A DNA stretch of 64,000 nucleotides, taken from the NCBI GenBank assembly GCA_965216465.1, contig CBDCFW010000006.1:853244-917243 (forward strand). The letters run 5' to 3'. The notes beneath the pieces were generated by a model. The model made no database searches and had not been told where the DNA came from. It saw nothing but the letters and a program-made list of their open reading frames with translations. Below, piece after piece: positions 10,604 through 19,559 of the stretch (the stretch's first letter is position 1; the number at the start of each line of letters is the position of its first letter). The translations under genes were made by a program, and so were the position numbers. The stretch is from Bacteroidia bacterium. GTDB lineage: Bacteria; Bacteroidota; Bacteroidia; NS11-12g; UBA9320.

Positions 10604-12847
10604 ATGACATATAAACCGCATTTCTATAGATTAACTAATTATGATGAAAGCTCCGCTTTTGAGCAACTAATTCGCGATAAATCTCCAAGGAAAATTGACA
10701 CAATTGCCTCACAGTTAAGGGAATTGGTGCTTTGTCAAAATCCGAGCATTGCTAAATCTGACCCTAAAGTCAACGAACTTATTAGCGAAAAATTGAATTC
10801 CGTTGATGGAAAATCTGACCATTATGGCGTGTGGGTTTACTATTCTTGGAGCAACACACTTATTCACATTCTTGATGAGAAAGAATTTATTGAAGTTCGA
10901 ACGAATCGAAACAACTATAAAATTACACCTGAAGAACAAGAGAAGCTCAGATCTAAAGTTATAGGCATCGCTGGATTGTCAGTTGGCCGATCTGCTGCAG
11001 TCACTCTTGCTCTTGAACGTGTGGGCGGTGAAATACGTTTGGCTGACTTTGACGAATTAGAATTGTCGAATCTCAACAGAATTAAAGCACCCTTGGCATG
11101 CATAGGATTGAATAAAGCCATTTCTACGGCACGTGAGATTGCTGAAATGGACCCATTTATTAATGTTGTGTGCTTTGACCAAGGATTGAATGAAGCAAAC
11201 CTCCACGAGTTTTTTACCCAGGGAAGTAAGCTTGATCTTTTTGTAGAAGAATGCGATGACATCAAAATCAAAATTCTATCGAGACAGAAAGCCAAAGAAT
11301 TACAGGTTCCTGTAATTATGGAAACAAGTGATAATTGCATTATCGATATTGAGCGATTTGATCTAGAACCAGAACGTCCGATAATTCATGGTCAGCTAGA
11401 AGGCTTGAGTCTAGAACAAGTAAAAGAACTCAAAACTCAAGAAGAAAAGCTGCCTTTTATTACTCGATTTTCAGGAGTTGATACTTTATCGCCACGAATG
11501 AAAAGTTCAATGATCGAAATTGAACGCACTATTCGTACTTGGCCTCAACTCGCATCGGATGTAACTTATGGAGCAGGCTTAGTAACTTATATGAGTCGAG
11601 AAATTTTGCTTGGACATCTATCCGAATCAGGTAGATATTCAGGTGATATCAAAGATATTTTCAAACAGAAAATGAATGCTCCAAAGCAAAGCAGCGGAGC
11701 AATTTTATCAACTAATGAGCAAGTTGGAGCAGTTATTAAGCGATTAAAGCCCATTGGCACAAGGAGTGAAGTTGAAATTCCAAAATCAATTCTAGAGAAA
11801 ATGGTTAAGGACTCGCTACGTGCTACTACTTTAGGTAACTTACAAATGCTGAATTATGCCTATATCAATAATGTACTTTACCTTCTTTACGATAAAGAAA
11901 GAGGATACTCCTTCTCAGATATGTATGGTATCGGCTCGAAAATTAGTCTTGGTGCAATTTTAGAAGGATTGAACGTGAGTGCGGCTTATCATGGATATGC
12001 ATTGGACATCAATTACCACCCTCATGCAGAAATAGAAGAGGTGGCTGCAGAAATTGTATTTGAACCAAAAACCAAAAACGGTTATCCAACTGAATCGGAA
12101 TACCTATCACTGCACGAACGCTATACGGACCGAAGCAGATCTAACAATGGCAAAGTTTTAGGCAGCAAAATTGATCAACTAAATGTGTCGTTAGCCGATA
12201 CAAACACCAGACTTCAGTATATTGATGATAGCAACAAAGTAGAGGCACTTTCGTCTATACTGGCTGAAATTGATCGCATTCGAATTCAGTATAAAAACAC
12301 ACACGCAGACTTATTTAATGAGCTGAAATTCCCGAAAGAAGGACAAGAGCTTAAGGAGGGGATTAATATCGACGAAGTTGATTTGAAACCATCAGAAAAG
12401 GTGGGCTTCCAAATGACTAAGGACTATAGAGCTATTGAATTACTTAATGATTTAGATTTAGGATCTAGGTTAGGAGAATTAACGTCGCAATTCATATCAA
12501 CTTCCAGCGGTGTAGGATTGCTTACAATTAATAAGCAGTTGGCGAATCAATTTTATGAGGGTGGAAGAGTTGTACAACGATTTTGGATGAAGTGTAGTGA
12601 ATTGGGTGTGGCATTACATCCTTTTACGGCATTAATGTTCTTCCATGAGCATATTAAGCGAGGAAATATTGAAAGCCCTTACAAAGAGAGGCTAGAAAAT
12701 AAAATCAACGAGTTTTATTCATATTTCGAGCTTGAAGATGAAATGTCTGAGCTGTTTATTTTCAGGTTGCTCAATCCTGATAAATCAAGTACGAAGAAAG
12801 TTACTACTAAAAGAAGAGATATAGATGAAATATTATTCACCGAATAA
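10604..12847 (+). CDS. E1-like (ThiF/MoeB-family) adenylyltransferase domain fused to a ~450-aa C-terminal region with two nitroreductase-fold-like halves. Alternative starts exist at 10550 and 10595.
   Basis: GIAGLSVGRSAAVTLALERVGGEIRLADFDELELSNLNR matches the GxGxxG and DxDxVexSNLNRQ motifs, and ...LDLFVEECDDIKIKILSRQKAKELQVPVIMET follows. The C-terminal segments LGNLQMLNYAYINNVLYLL and GRVVQRFWMKCSELGVALHPF resemble the nitroreductase FMN-pocket region. No CxxC, rhodanese or JAB domain is present. Confidence 0.6.
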   Translation: MTYKPHFYRLTNYDESSAFEQLIRDKSPRKIDTIASQLRELVLCQNPSIAKSDPKVNELISEKLNSVDGKSDHYGVWVYYSWSNTLIHILDEKEFIEVRTNRNNYKITPEEQEKLRSKVIGIAGLSVGRSAAVTLALERVGGEIRLADFDELELSNLNRIKAPLACIGLNKAISTAREIAEMDPFINVVCFDQGLNEANLHEFFTQGSKLDLFVEECDDIKIKILSRQKAKELQVPVIMETSDNCIIDIERFDLEPERPIIHGQLEGLSLEQVKELKTQEEKLPFITRFSGVDTLSPRMKSSMIEIERTIRTWPQLASDVTYGAGLVTYMSREILLGHLSESGRYSGDIKDIFKQKMNAPKQSSGAILSTNEQVGAVIKRLKPIGTRSEVEIPKSILEKMVKDSLRATTLGNLQMLNYAYINNVLYLLYDKERGYSFSDMYGIGSKISLGAILEGLNVSAAYHGYALDINYHPHAEIEEVAAEIVFEPKTKNGYPTESEYLSLHERYTDRSRSNNGKVLGSKIDQLNVSLADTNTRLQYIDDSNKVEALSSILAEIDRIRIQYKNTHADLFNELKFPKEGQELKEGINIDEVDLKPSEKVGFQMTKDYRAIELLNDLDLGSRLGELTSQFISTSSGVGLLTINKQLANQFYEGGRVVQRFWMKCSELGVALHPFTALMFFHEHIKRGNIESPYKERLENKINEFYSYFELEDEMSELFIFRLLNPDKSSTKKVTTKRRDIDEILFTE

Positions 12848-13535
12848 AGTGCTGACGGCGGCTCGAAAGATTAAAATCTTTGGTTTTTGGGCAAAAGACA
12901 ACCCTGACTATTGCAATATTTTTGAATATGGTCATAGAAAGGTACTCACAGACCATGGGTTGAACCTGACCTCAAATAACAACGATTGGAAAACGCAAGA
13001 GAATGTGTTTGTATTCTTGGCATTTGAAGGAAACACACCGGTTGGAGGTATTCGGTTTGAAAAATATGACCCGCGTTACAAACTTTCAGTTGAACGAGCA
13101 CTACACATGCATGACAAGAACATCATGGAATCAATCAAGGAGAATAACCTTGGTGAATTTGGAGAGGCCTGCGGCTTATGGAATGACAAAATCGTGTCTG
13201 GTGAAGGACTATCCGTAGTGCTATCTCATCTGTGCTTTATTTACGCACCCATGCTGGCTTGTGATCACATGATAGCCTTCAATGGAATCTATACTTACAA
13301 GATTTCACGAAGTATGGGAGGCCAAATTGTCGATAACATCGGTGATGAAGGCATTTTCAAATATCCAAACGAACGATTCAAGTCGGCGGTCTGGAAATTT
13401 GATCTACAGAACTTCCAAGGAACAACCAAAGAATTTGAACAGCGTGTGTTGCAATTGAGAAAGAATATAGAACCCGAGTTTATTGTAAATAATACCAAGA
13501 ATGGACTACATATTAAGTTGTCAAACAAAATTTAA
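12825..13535 (+). CDS. Hypothetical 236-aa protein, translationally coupled between the E1-like gene and the histidine kinase
   Basis: Its ATG overlaps the last 23 nt of the upstream CDS, and its 3' end overlaps the downstream HK start by 35 nt. No recognisable family, though there is a possible acyltransferase-like beta strand VFVFLAFEGNTPVGGIRF. Confidence 0.45.
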   Translation: MKYYSPNKVLTAARKIKIFGFWAKDNPDYCNIFEYGHRKVLTDHGLNLTSNNNDWKTQENVFVFLAFEGNTPVGGIRFEKYDPRYKLSVERALHMHDKNIMESIKENNLGEFGEACGLWNDKIVSGEGLSVVLSHLCFIYAPMLACDHMIAFNGIYTYKISRSMGGQIVDNIGDEGIFKYPNERFKSAVWKFDLQNFQGTTKEFEQRVLQLRKNIEPEFIVNNTKNGLHIKLSNKI

Positions 13536-15672
13536 ATCACTAATAAAGAAGGGGTTAATTGTTCTATTTGCCTTTCTTTCTTTACAATCTTTTTCACAAG
13601 AGGTAGTAACCATTCAGGCTGCTGATACTTCATTTCAAGTAGAAGGCGAGAAGGTATACCATGGTCTTTTAGCAAATGCTGACATGCTTAAAGACTCTAT
13701 TGCAACGATGGAGTGGGTGACATTCAACGCAACCAAGACTTTCAACTTAACTGAGGCACATACTGACCACGTTCTCCGTGTAACATTAAACAACGAATCT
13801 GCTGAAGAAAATTGGCATATAACCATTCCTGCCCCTCATTTAGACTCTGTAACCTTGGTTTATAACCTCGAAACCGAAAGTCCAGTTAAGCTATTGTCAG
13901 GAGACATGGTCTGTAGATCTGAACGACAAATTGATGATGCAAGTCACTCATTCGCAGTGCAAATCCCAAAGGGTGAAACGAAAACATTTTATGTGATTGT
14001 AAGAAGCGACGGTGCCAAAGTAATGCCGATAGTGATTGAATCACAACAAGCATTTTACGCTGGAGTGTCTACTCGAAACATATTCTTCGGGATTTTCTCG
14101 GGTATCATGGTTATCATGTTTGTATACAACCTAATTGTATTCTCATATACACGTGATAAGAACTATTTGTACTACATTTTTTATGTACTATTTATTTTCT
14201 TGGCTCAGTCTAACCTACTTGGAATCAGTTATTACTTTGCTGGATATTCGCCAACCATTAATAACTTATTGATGTATGTTGGGAGTGCTGTGTCAGGGGT
14301 GTTTGGAGGACTATTTCTACGACACTTCTTAAAAACCTATATCACGGTTCCTAAGTTGAATTTTATGCTATCTGTGGTAATTGCAGTGTACATTGTTCAA
14401 CTCTTGTTGGCCCTTCTCGGTTTCTTTGAATTTAGCTTTATCCTTATACAACTTGCTGGCTTCTTGGTCGTGATCACATTTGCGTCAATCTCAATTAAGC
14501 TTTCTATAGCAGGAGAGCGGTTTGCTAAGATATATCTTGTTGCGTGGACGCCAATTTTTGTAGGATTAGTATTCTTAATTCTCAGAGATAGCGGCGTGTT
14601 GCCTTTCACAGATTTGATCAATAATATGTTCCCTGTTGGTGTGATTTTAGAAACGGTAATGCTGTCTCTAGCATTGGCTAATCAGATTACTGTGCTTAAA
14701 CGCGATAAGGAAACAGCAAATCAGCGAGTAATTGAAGAAGTGAAAAAGAATGAAGAGCTGGTTAGAAATCAAAACATTGTACTTGAAGAGAAAGTGGCAC
14801 TTAGAACCCAAGAGTTAGAAAGTGCCCTTAATAATCTTAAATCGACTCAATCTCAACTGGTGCAATCTGAAAAGATGGCATCTCTGGGTGTGCTCACCGC
14901 TGGAATTGCACACGAGATTAATAATCCGATAAATTTTGTAACGGCAAATGTTATCCCGTTAAGAGAAAATATCGAGTCTTTGAGCGACCTCCTTTCAGAG
15001 TATAAAAATATTGATAGAAGCAATTTTGAAGACGAGCTTGCTCGAATCGAAAAGAAGGAAGAAGAAGTTGAGCTTGATTACATCTTAAAGGAGACTGACG
15101 AGTTAATTAATGGTATTGAAGAAGGAGCAAAACGTACCCATACCATTGTTGATGGACTAAAAACCTTCAGTAGGGGAGATGCTGGTTCAAATAGTCTTGC
15201 AGACCTTAATGTTGGTATTAACAGTACGCTATCGGTACTTAAAAGTCGTTTAAATGGAGTCAAAGTAACTAAACAGCTTGCTTCTGATCTTCCAAGAATT
15301 AATTGTCAAATTGGTAAAATAAACCAAGTATTTTTAAATCTGGTAAACAATGCACTCGACGCATTGGAAATTGTAAATGGTCCAAATTCTAATCAATCTA
15401 ATATCGTAATTAAGTCTTATTCAAAAGAGGATAAGATATACGTTGAAATTCAAGATGATGGTAATGGAATCAGTGAAAATGACCAAAAGAAAATATTTGA
15501 GCCATTTTTTACCACCAAGCCAATTGGAAAAGGAACAGGTTTAGGGCTATCTATTTCGTACGGAATAATTGAAGAACATCATGGTGAAATGAAGCTGGAA
15601 TCTGAAGTGGGCAAAGGCACCACATTTACCGTTATTATTCCTGTAACTGATGACGAGAGCGAGCCTCTTTAA
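13501..15672 (+). CDS. 7TMR-DISM (extracellular DISMED2 + 7TM) sensor histidine kinase
   Basis: Signal peptide, then a periplasmic domain and a 7-TM block. The H-box is ASLGVLTAGIAHEINNPINF. The HATPase N/G boxes are LNLVNNALDA...DDGNGI...GTGLGLS. Confidence 0.85.
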   Translation: MDYILSCQTKFKSLIKKGLIVLFAFLSLQSFSQEVVTIQAADTSFQVEGEKVYHGLLANADMLKDSIATMEWVTFNATKTFNLTEAHTDHVLRVTLNNESAEENWHITIPAPHLDSVTLVYNLETESPVKLLSGDMVCRSERQIDDASHSFAVQIPKGETKTFYVIVRSDGAKVMPIVIESQQAFYAGVSTRNIFFGIFSGIMVIMFVYNLIVFSYTRDKNYLYYIFYVLFIFLAQSNLLGISYYFAGYSPTINNLLMYVGSAVSGVFGGLFLRHFLKTYITVPKLNFMLSVVIAVYIVQLLLALLGFFEFSFILIQLAGFLVVITFASISIKLSIAGERFAKIYLVAWTPIFVGLVFLILRDSGVLPFTDLINNMFPVGVILETVMLSLALANQITVLKRDKETANQRVIEEVKKNEELVRNQNIVLEEKVALRTQELESALNNLKSTQSQLVQSEKMASLGVLTAGIAHEINNPINFVTANVIPLRENIESLSDLLSEYKNIDRSNFEDELARIEKKEEEVELDYILKETDELINGIEEGAKRTHTIVDGLKTFSRGDAGSNSLADLNVGINSTLSVLKSRLNGVKVTKQLASDLPRINCQIGKINQVFLNLVNNALDALEIVNGPNSNQSNIVIKSYSKEDKIYVEIQDDGNGISENDQKKIFEPFFTTKPIGKGTGLGLSISYGIIEEHHGEMKLESEVGKGTTFTVIIPVTDDESEPL

Positions 15673-16702
15673 TAATTCCTCGAATCCAAATAGGAAATAC
15701 AATAATTCCCAAGAATAAATACGGGAAGTAACTAATTAATCGCCACAAAACGGAGGTACTGTTTGCCAACTGTGGGTTGCTGAAGTATTCCCCCAAAAAT
15801 GCAGGAAAAAGCAACTCCGCGAGACCACTTGCACCTGGAGTTACAGGCAACATTAAGGCTCCCCACATGATTAATTGACGAGCAAATATCTCAAGCACTT
15901 CTGTTCCGTGACCAAATGCTAAAATCAAGAAGTTTACTAAGGCAAAGCGAGCAGTCCAAGAAAATAGGGTCGCTCCAAATGCTTTAAACCAAAAAGGTCT
16001 TCTTTTTAGTCTAAATTCTTCTGACGCTACCAATAACTCATCACCCCAAACCTTAGCATTTTCTTTCCATCTTCTTAGTAATGGAAGTCTAAAAATCCCT
16101 TTTAGAATACCACTTACAACTTGGGGACGTATGAAAATCCCGACATAAACAACAACAGCCCAAACGATGAGAATAACGTAAGATGCGATGAAGTATCCTT
16201 TCATCAACGAGCCACTGAAAACCCCAATCTGACCCGGAATTTGACTATTAAGTCCAGTAAAAATTAGAAGAAGTGGAACAGCTAGAACATAGAACAATAC
16301 GTCTAAATAAGATGTAGCGAGAACAATAGCTGTAGATTTTCCTGTTCCAAGTTTTTTCTCTTGTGCCAGTAAGATAAAGGCTGCAGCGGTGCCTCCAACT
16401 ATTCCCGGTGAAATTGCCGAAGAGAATTCCCAGAGCACAACAAGGTGAAAGCACTTTCTCCAACTCAATTTTTCATCACTTAAAATCCGAAGGCGGTATA
16501 CGTATCCCAAGAAACGGAATCCGACCATGATTAAAGCAAGGATAAACCAAAAAAGTACATTAACTCCCCAGTCTATGTCTTTGTAGGCATTTGGATCAAA
16601 ATCTCGATAGAAAAAATAGAACACAACAGCGACCCCTATAACGATAGGAATTATGAGGTTACGTCCCTCAAAATATTTTCGCAGTTGTCGTACTGAACTC
16701 AA
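15635..16702 (-). CDS. UPF0104 / lysylphosphatidylglycerol-synthase-TM-like (flippase-like) integral membrane protein
   Basis: Eight or more TM helices and a GTGKSTAIVLATSYLD segment. It overlaps the IDH stop by 4 nt. Confidence 0.7.
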   Translation of the reverse strand: MSSVRQLRKYFEGRNLIIPIVIGVAVVFYFFYRDFDPNAYKDIDWGVNVLFWFILALIMVGFRFLGYVYRLRILSDEKLSWRKCFHLVVLWEFSSAISPGIVGGTAAAFILLAQEKKLGTGKSTAIVLATSYLDVLFYVLAVPLLLIFTGLNSQIPGQIGVFSGSLMKGYFIASYVILIVWAVVVYVGIFIRPQVVSGILKGIFRLPLLRRWKENAKVWGDELLVASEEFRLKRRPFWFKAFGATLFSWTARFALVNFLILAFGHGTEVLEIFARQLIMWGALMLPVTPGASGLAELLFPAFLGEYFSNPQLANSTSVLWRLISYFPYLFLGIIVFPIWIRGIIKEARSRHQLQE

Positions 16703-18159
16703 GTCAATGCGTTTACTTTTTGTCCTTGTGCTAATGAATATTTACGCTCACCGTTGATGGTAATCAACATTTCAATAGAGCCTATAGTAAGGAAGTCGTA
16801 CATACGAATAGCTTGCTCCATGAAGCGTTTTTTCTTTACTTCCTTGGTTGTGTTCTTTTCAATTCTAACTACATATGTATTTACAAGGTCAGTGAACACA
16901 GACCCTTCAGGCCATACTTGTGTACCACGGTTTGTAATAGTTGTAACTTCCATGTCTTCATCCAAGTTGGCTTGAGCAATTGCAGCAATTCTTTCGGGTT
17001 GCTCTTCAGACTCAATAAATAAATCGATACCTACCGTTTCAATCACATCGTCACTGGCAACAAGCATTCTATTGCTGTCTAACATTTGTGGTTTGTGATG
17101 CTTTTCGGCATCGTGGTCGGTAATGTTTGAAATATCAAGTTCATTTATTACGGCTTGTGCAAATTCTTTGGTACCTAAAGCGTTTGCTCTATCGGCTCCA
17201 AAATCTCCAGTATGAATTCCTTTGTCAATGGCGTCTAAAAGTGCTTTACGAATTGCGTAGCCGTACTCTTCTAATCCCATTTGGTTAAGCATCATCGTTC
17301 CGCTAAGCAATAACGAAGTAGGATTAGCTAAATTTTTTCCTGCAATGTCAGGGGCGGTTCCGTGAACAGCCTCAAATATTTTAATATGGTCTCCAAGGTT
17401 TGCAGATGGCGCAAATCCTAAACCACCAACAAGCCCGGCACAAAGATCTGAAACAATGTCTCCTTGTAGGTTGGTTAAAACAACACACTGAAATTTATCA
17501 GGCTCGTAAACCAACTTCATGCAAAGTGCATCTACAATTACATCATCAGCTTCAATTTGAGGATAGTCTTTAGCAATCTCATAAAATGTATCGAGGAACA
17601 TTCCATCTGTTAACTTCATGATGTTTGCTTTGTGCCCACAAGTTACACGTGTATATCCCTCTTTGATAGCAGTTTCAAAAGCAGAACGAATCACTTGCTG
17701 AGATCCAGGGCGTGATATAATTCTACGGCTAACAGCAACATCTTTTGTCATATAGTGCTCAATTCCTCCGTATGTATCTTCGATGTTTTCCCTAACAATT
17801 GTAATATCAATAGGAATTCCAGCCTTGCTAAATACCGTGTCAACGCCTTTAATCGATTTGAACTTTCTGATGTTCGAATGGGTATTCCAAGTTTTACGGG
17901 CGGTAACATTGATACTTTTTACCCCACCGCCTTTTGGTGTTTCCATCGGACCTTTGAATAAAACTCCAGTGTTCTCAACACTAACCTTTGCTTCATCTGT
18001 CATTCCCGTAGTGAAACCTTGGTCGTAAACACCTTTTCCCATAGCTACAAAATCGTAATCTAAAGGAACATTTGCGGCGTTGAAGATGTCGAGAACGGCG
18101 TCCATAATTTCAGGACCGATTCCGTCCCCTTTTGCTACTGATATTTTTACTTTATCCAT
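16699..18159 (-). CDS. NAD-dependent isocitrate dehydrogenase (isocitrate/isopropylmalate DH family) with a C-terminal extension
   Basis: KISVAKGDGIGPEIMDAVL and NLQGDIVSDLCAGLVGGLG are family signatures. Start is taken at MDKVKISV. The longer ORF start at 18204 runs into the promoter region. Confidence 0.8.
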   Translation of the reverse strand: MDKVKISVAKGDGIGPEIMDAVLDIFNAANVPLDYDFVAMGKGVYDQGFTTGMTDEAKVSVENTGVLFKGPMETPKGGGVKSINVTARKTWNTHSNIRKFKSIKGVDTVFSKAGIPIDITIVRENIEDTYGGIEHYMTKDVAVSRRIISRPGSQQVIRSAFETAIKEGYTRVTCGHKANIMKLTDGMFLDTFYEIAKDYPQIEADDVIVDALCMKLVYEPDKFQCVVLTNLQGDIVSDLCAGLVGGLGFAPSANLGDHIKIFEAVHGTAPDIAGKNLANPTSLLLSGTMMLNQMGLEEYGYAIRKALLDAIDKGIHTGDFGADRANALGTKEFAQAVINELDISNITDHDAEKHHKPQMLDSNRMLVASDDVIETVGIDLFIESEEQPERIAAIAQANLDEDMEVTTITNRGTQVWPEGSVFTDLVNTYVVRIEKNTTKEVKKKRFMEQAIRMYDFLTIGSIEMLITINGERKYSLAQGQKVNALT

Positions 18160-18288
18160 ATGTCTTTTTTGAAAGAGCTGCAAAGGTAGCAAAGTTATAG
18201 CCAAGTTCTAGCGATTTGGGCACACTTTTTGTGCGTTTGGAAATGCGTTAAAATGCTGATTTATATTAGTGTTTATGGTAGAATATGC

Positions 18289-18296
18289 TACTTTTG
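18289..18296 (+). promoter_or_regulatory. Candidate Bacteroidetes sigma-A -7 element (TAnnTTTG) for rpoD
   Basis: tacttttg lies 36 nt upstream of the rpoD ATG. Confidence 0.35.
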
Positions 18297-18331
18297 CAGG
18301 TTCTTAATATAAGCGAGAAAGATTTTATTAA

Positions 18332-19195
18332 ATGAGACAACTTAAAATTTCAAAACAGTTTACCAATAGGGAAAACAAGTCATTAGACAAATACCTTAAT
18401 GAAATTTCTAAAGTGCCGATGATCGATGCTCAAGAAGAAGTGGAATTAGCACGTCGTATTCGAGAGGGTGATCAAGCAGCTTTAGAGAAGTTGGTAAATG
18501 CCAATCTTCGTTTCGTTGTTTCCGTATCTAAACAGTACCAGAATCAAGGGTTAACCTTAGGAGATTTAATCAACGAGGGAAATCTTGGTTTGATAAAAGC
18601 GGCTAAACGTTTTGATGAAACAAGAGGTTTTAAGTTTATTTCTTATGCTGTTTGGTGGATTCGTCAATCTATTCTTCAGGCACTTGCAGATCAAAGTAGA
18701 ATTGTTCGTCTTCCTTTGAACAAGGTTGGATCAATAGGGCGTATCAGTGCAGCAGCTGCTCGTTTAGAGCAATTGCAAGAGCGTGAGCCTACTGCTGAAG
18801 AAATTGCTAAAGAGCTTGAAATTAATGTGACTGAGGTTGAGAATGCATTCAAGTCTTCTGGTCGTCACTTGTCAATCGATGCTCCATTGATTGAAGGAGA
18901 GGATAACAGTTTATTAGGAGTTCTTGATAACAACGATGAGCCTAATCCTGATCAGCCTTTAATGGATGAGTCGCTTAGAAAAGAAATTAATCGTGTAATC
19001 TCGACTCTTTCAGAAAAGGAGCGCGACGTTTTGAAATATTACTACGGCTTAGATGGAGGTCCGGCACATACCTTAGAAGATATTAGCGATAAGGTTGGAC
19101 TTACTCGAGAGCGCGTACGTCAGATTAAAGAAAAAGCGCTTAGACGACTAAGAAAGTCATCAAAAAGCAAAATCCTAAAATCATACTTAGGGTAA
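18332..19195 (+). CDS. rpoD: Primary RNA polymerase sigma factor (Bacteroidetes-type 287-aa sigma-A)
   Basis: Regions 2 to 4 are present: [28 protein letters not shown] and [18 protein letters not shown]. The 287-aa length is typical of Bacteroidetes SigA. Confidence 0.9.
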   Translation: MRQLKISKQFTNRENKSLDKYLNEISKVPMIDAQEEVELARRIREGDQAALEKLVNANLRFVVSVSKQYQNQGLTLGDLINEGNLGLIKAAKRFDETRGFKFISYAVWWIRQSILQALADQSRIVRLPLNKVGSIGRISAAAARLEQLQEREPTAEEIAKELEINVTEVENAFKSSGRHLSIDAPLIEGEDNSLLGVLDNNDEPNPDQPLMDESLRKEINRVISTLSEKERDVLKYYYGLDGGPAHTLEDISDKVGLTRERVRQIKEKALRRLRKSSKSKILKSYLG

Positions 19196-19202
19196 GATAT
19201 TA

Positions 19203-19225
19203 AGGGCCGAAAGGCCCTTTTTTTA
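19203..19225 (+). terminator. rho-independent terminator after rpoD
   Basis: aGGGCCgaaaGGCCCttttttt. Confidence 0.6.
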
Positions 19226-19329
19226 TGGAACAAATTTGGCTTTAAACTTCAAGGCTTTCGAAAATTATTTTTTTATTCGATTGAAATAATACTACACTTG
19301 CAGTCGAATTAAGTTCTTTAACGAAATTT

Positions 19330-19430
19330 TCTTATCAAGAAAAGCCGAGGGAATTGGCCCGATGACGCTTTAGCAACCTACCTCCGGTAAGGTGCTAACT
19401 CCAATCTCACATATGTGGGAACAGATAAGT
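19330..19430 (+). promoter_or_regulatory. SAM-I (S-box) riboswitch aptamer
   Basis: CTTATCAAGAAAAGCCGAGGGAATTGGCCCGATGACGC...GCAACC...GGTGCTAACTCC...CAGATAAG matches the SAM-I consensus. This covers the P1 CUUAUC/GAUAAG closure, the GAGGGA-UGGCCCGAUGA core and GGUGCUAAxUCC. Confidence 0.75.
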
Positions 19431-19471
19431 AGTGAATTGTAACAAATCGTGAGAACACGTTAAGATATACA

Positions 19472-19506
19472 AGGCTCTTCTGCTTATCAGGAGAGCCTTT
19501 TTTTTT
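19472..19506 (+). terminator. Riboswitch expression-platform terminator
   Basis: AGGCTCTtctgCTTATCaggAGAGCCT followed by T9. The left arm contains CTTATC, which can alternatively pair with the P1 3' strand. Confidence 0.65.
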
Positions 19507-19559
19507 GGCTCTTCCTGAGGCTCTTTTTGATAGTTTTTTAACCTAATAATTATTTAAAA

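Noticed and set aside
18160-18204. 15-aa N-terminal extension (MAITLLPLQLFQKRH) of isocitrate dehydrogenase
   Set aside because: Family homology begins at MDKVKISVAKGDGIGPE, and the extension runs into the intergenic promoter region.
19507-19525. Second hairpin/terminator after the riboswitch terminator (GGCTCTTCCTGAGGCTCTTTTT)
   Set aside because: The two arms are direct copies, not inverted copies, so no stable stem forms. It is kept only as an unexplained direct repeat.
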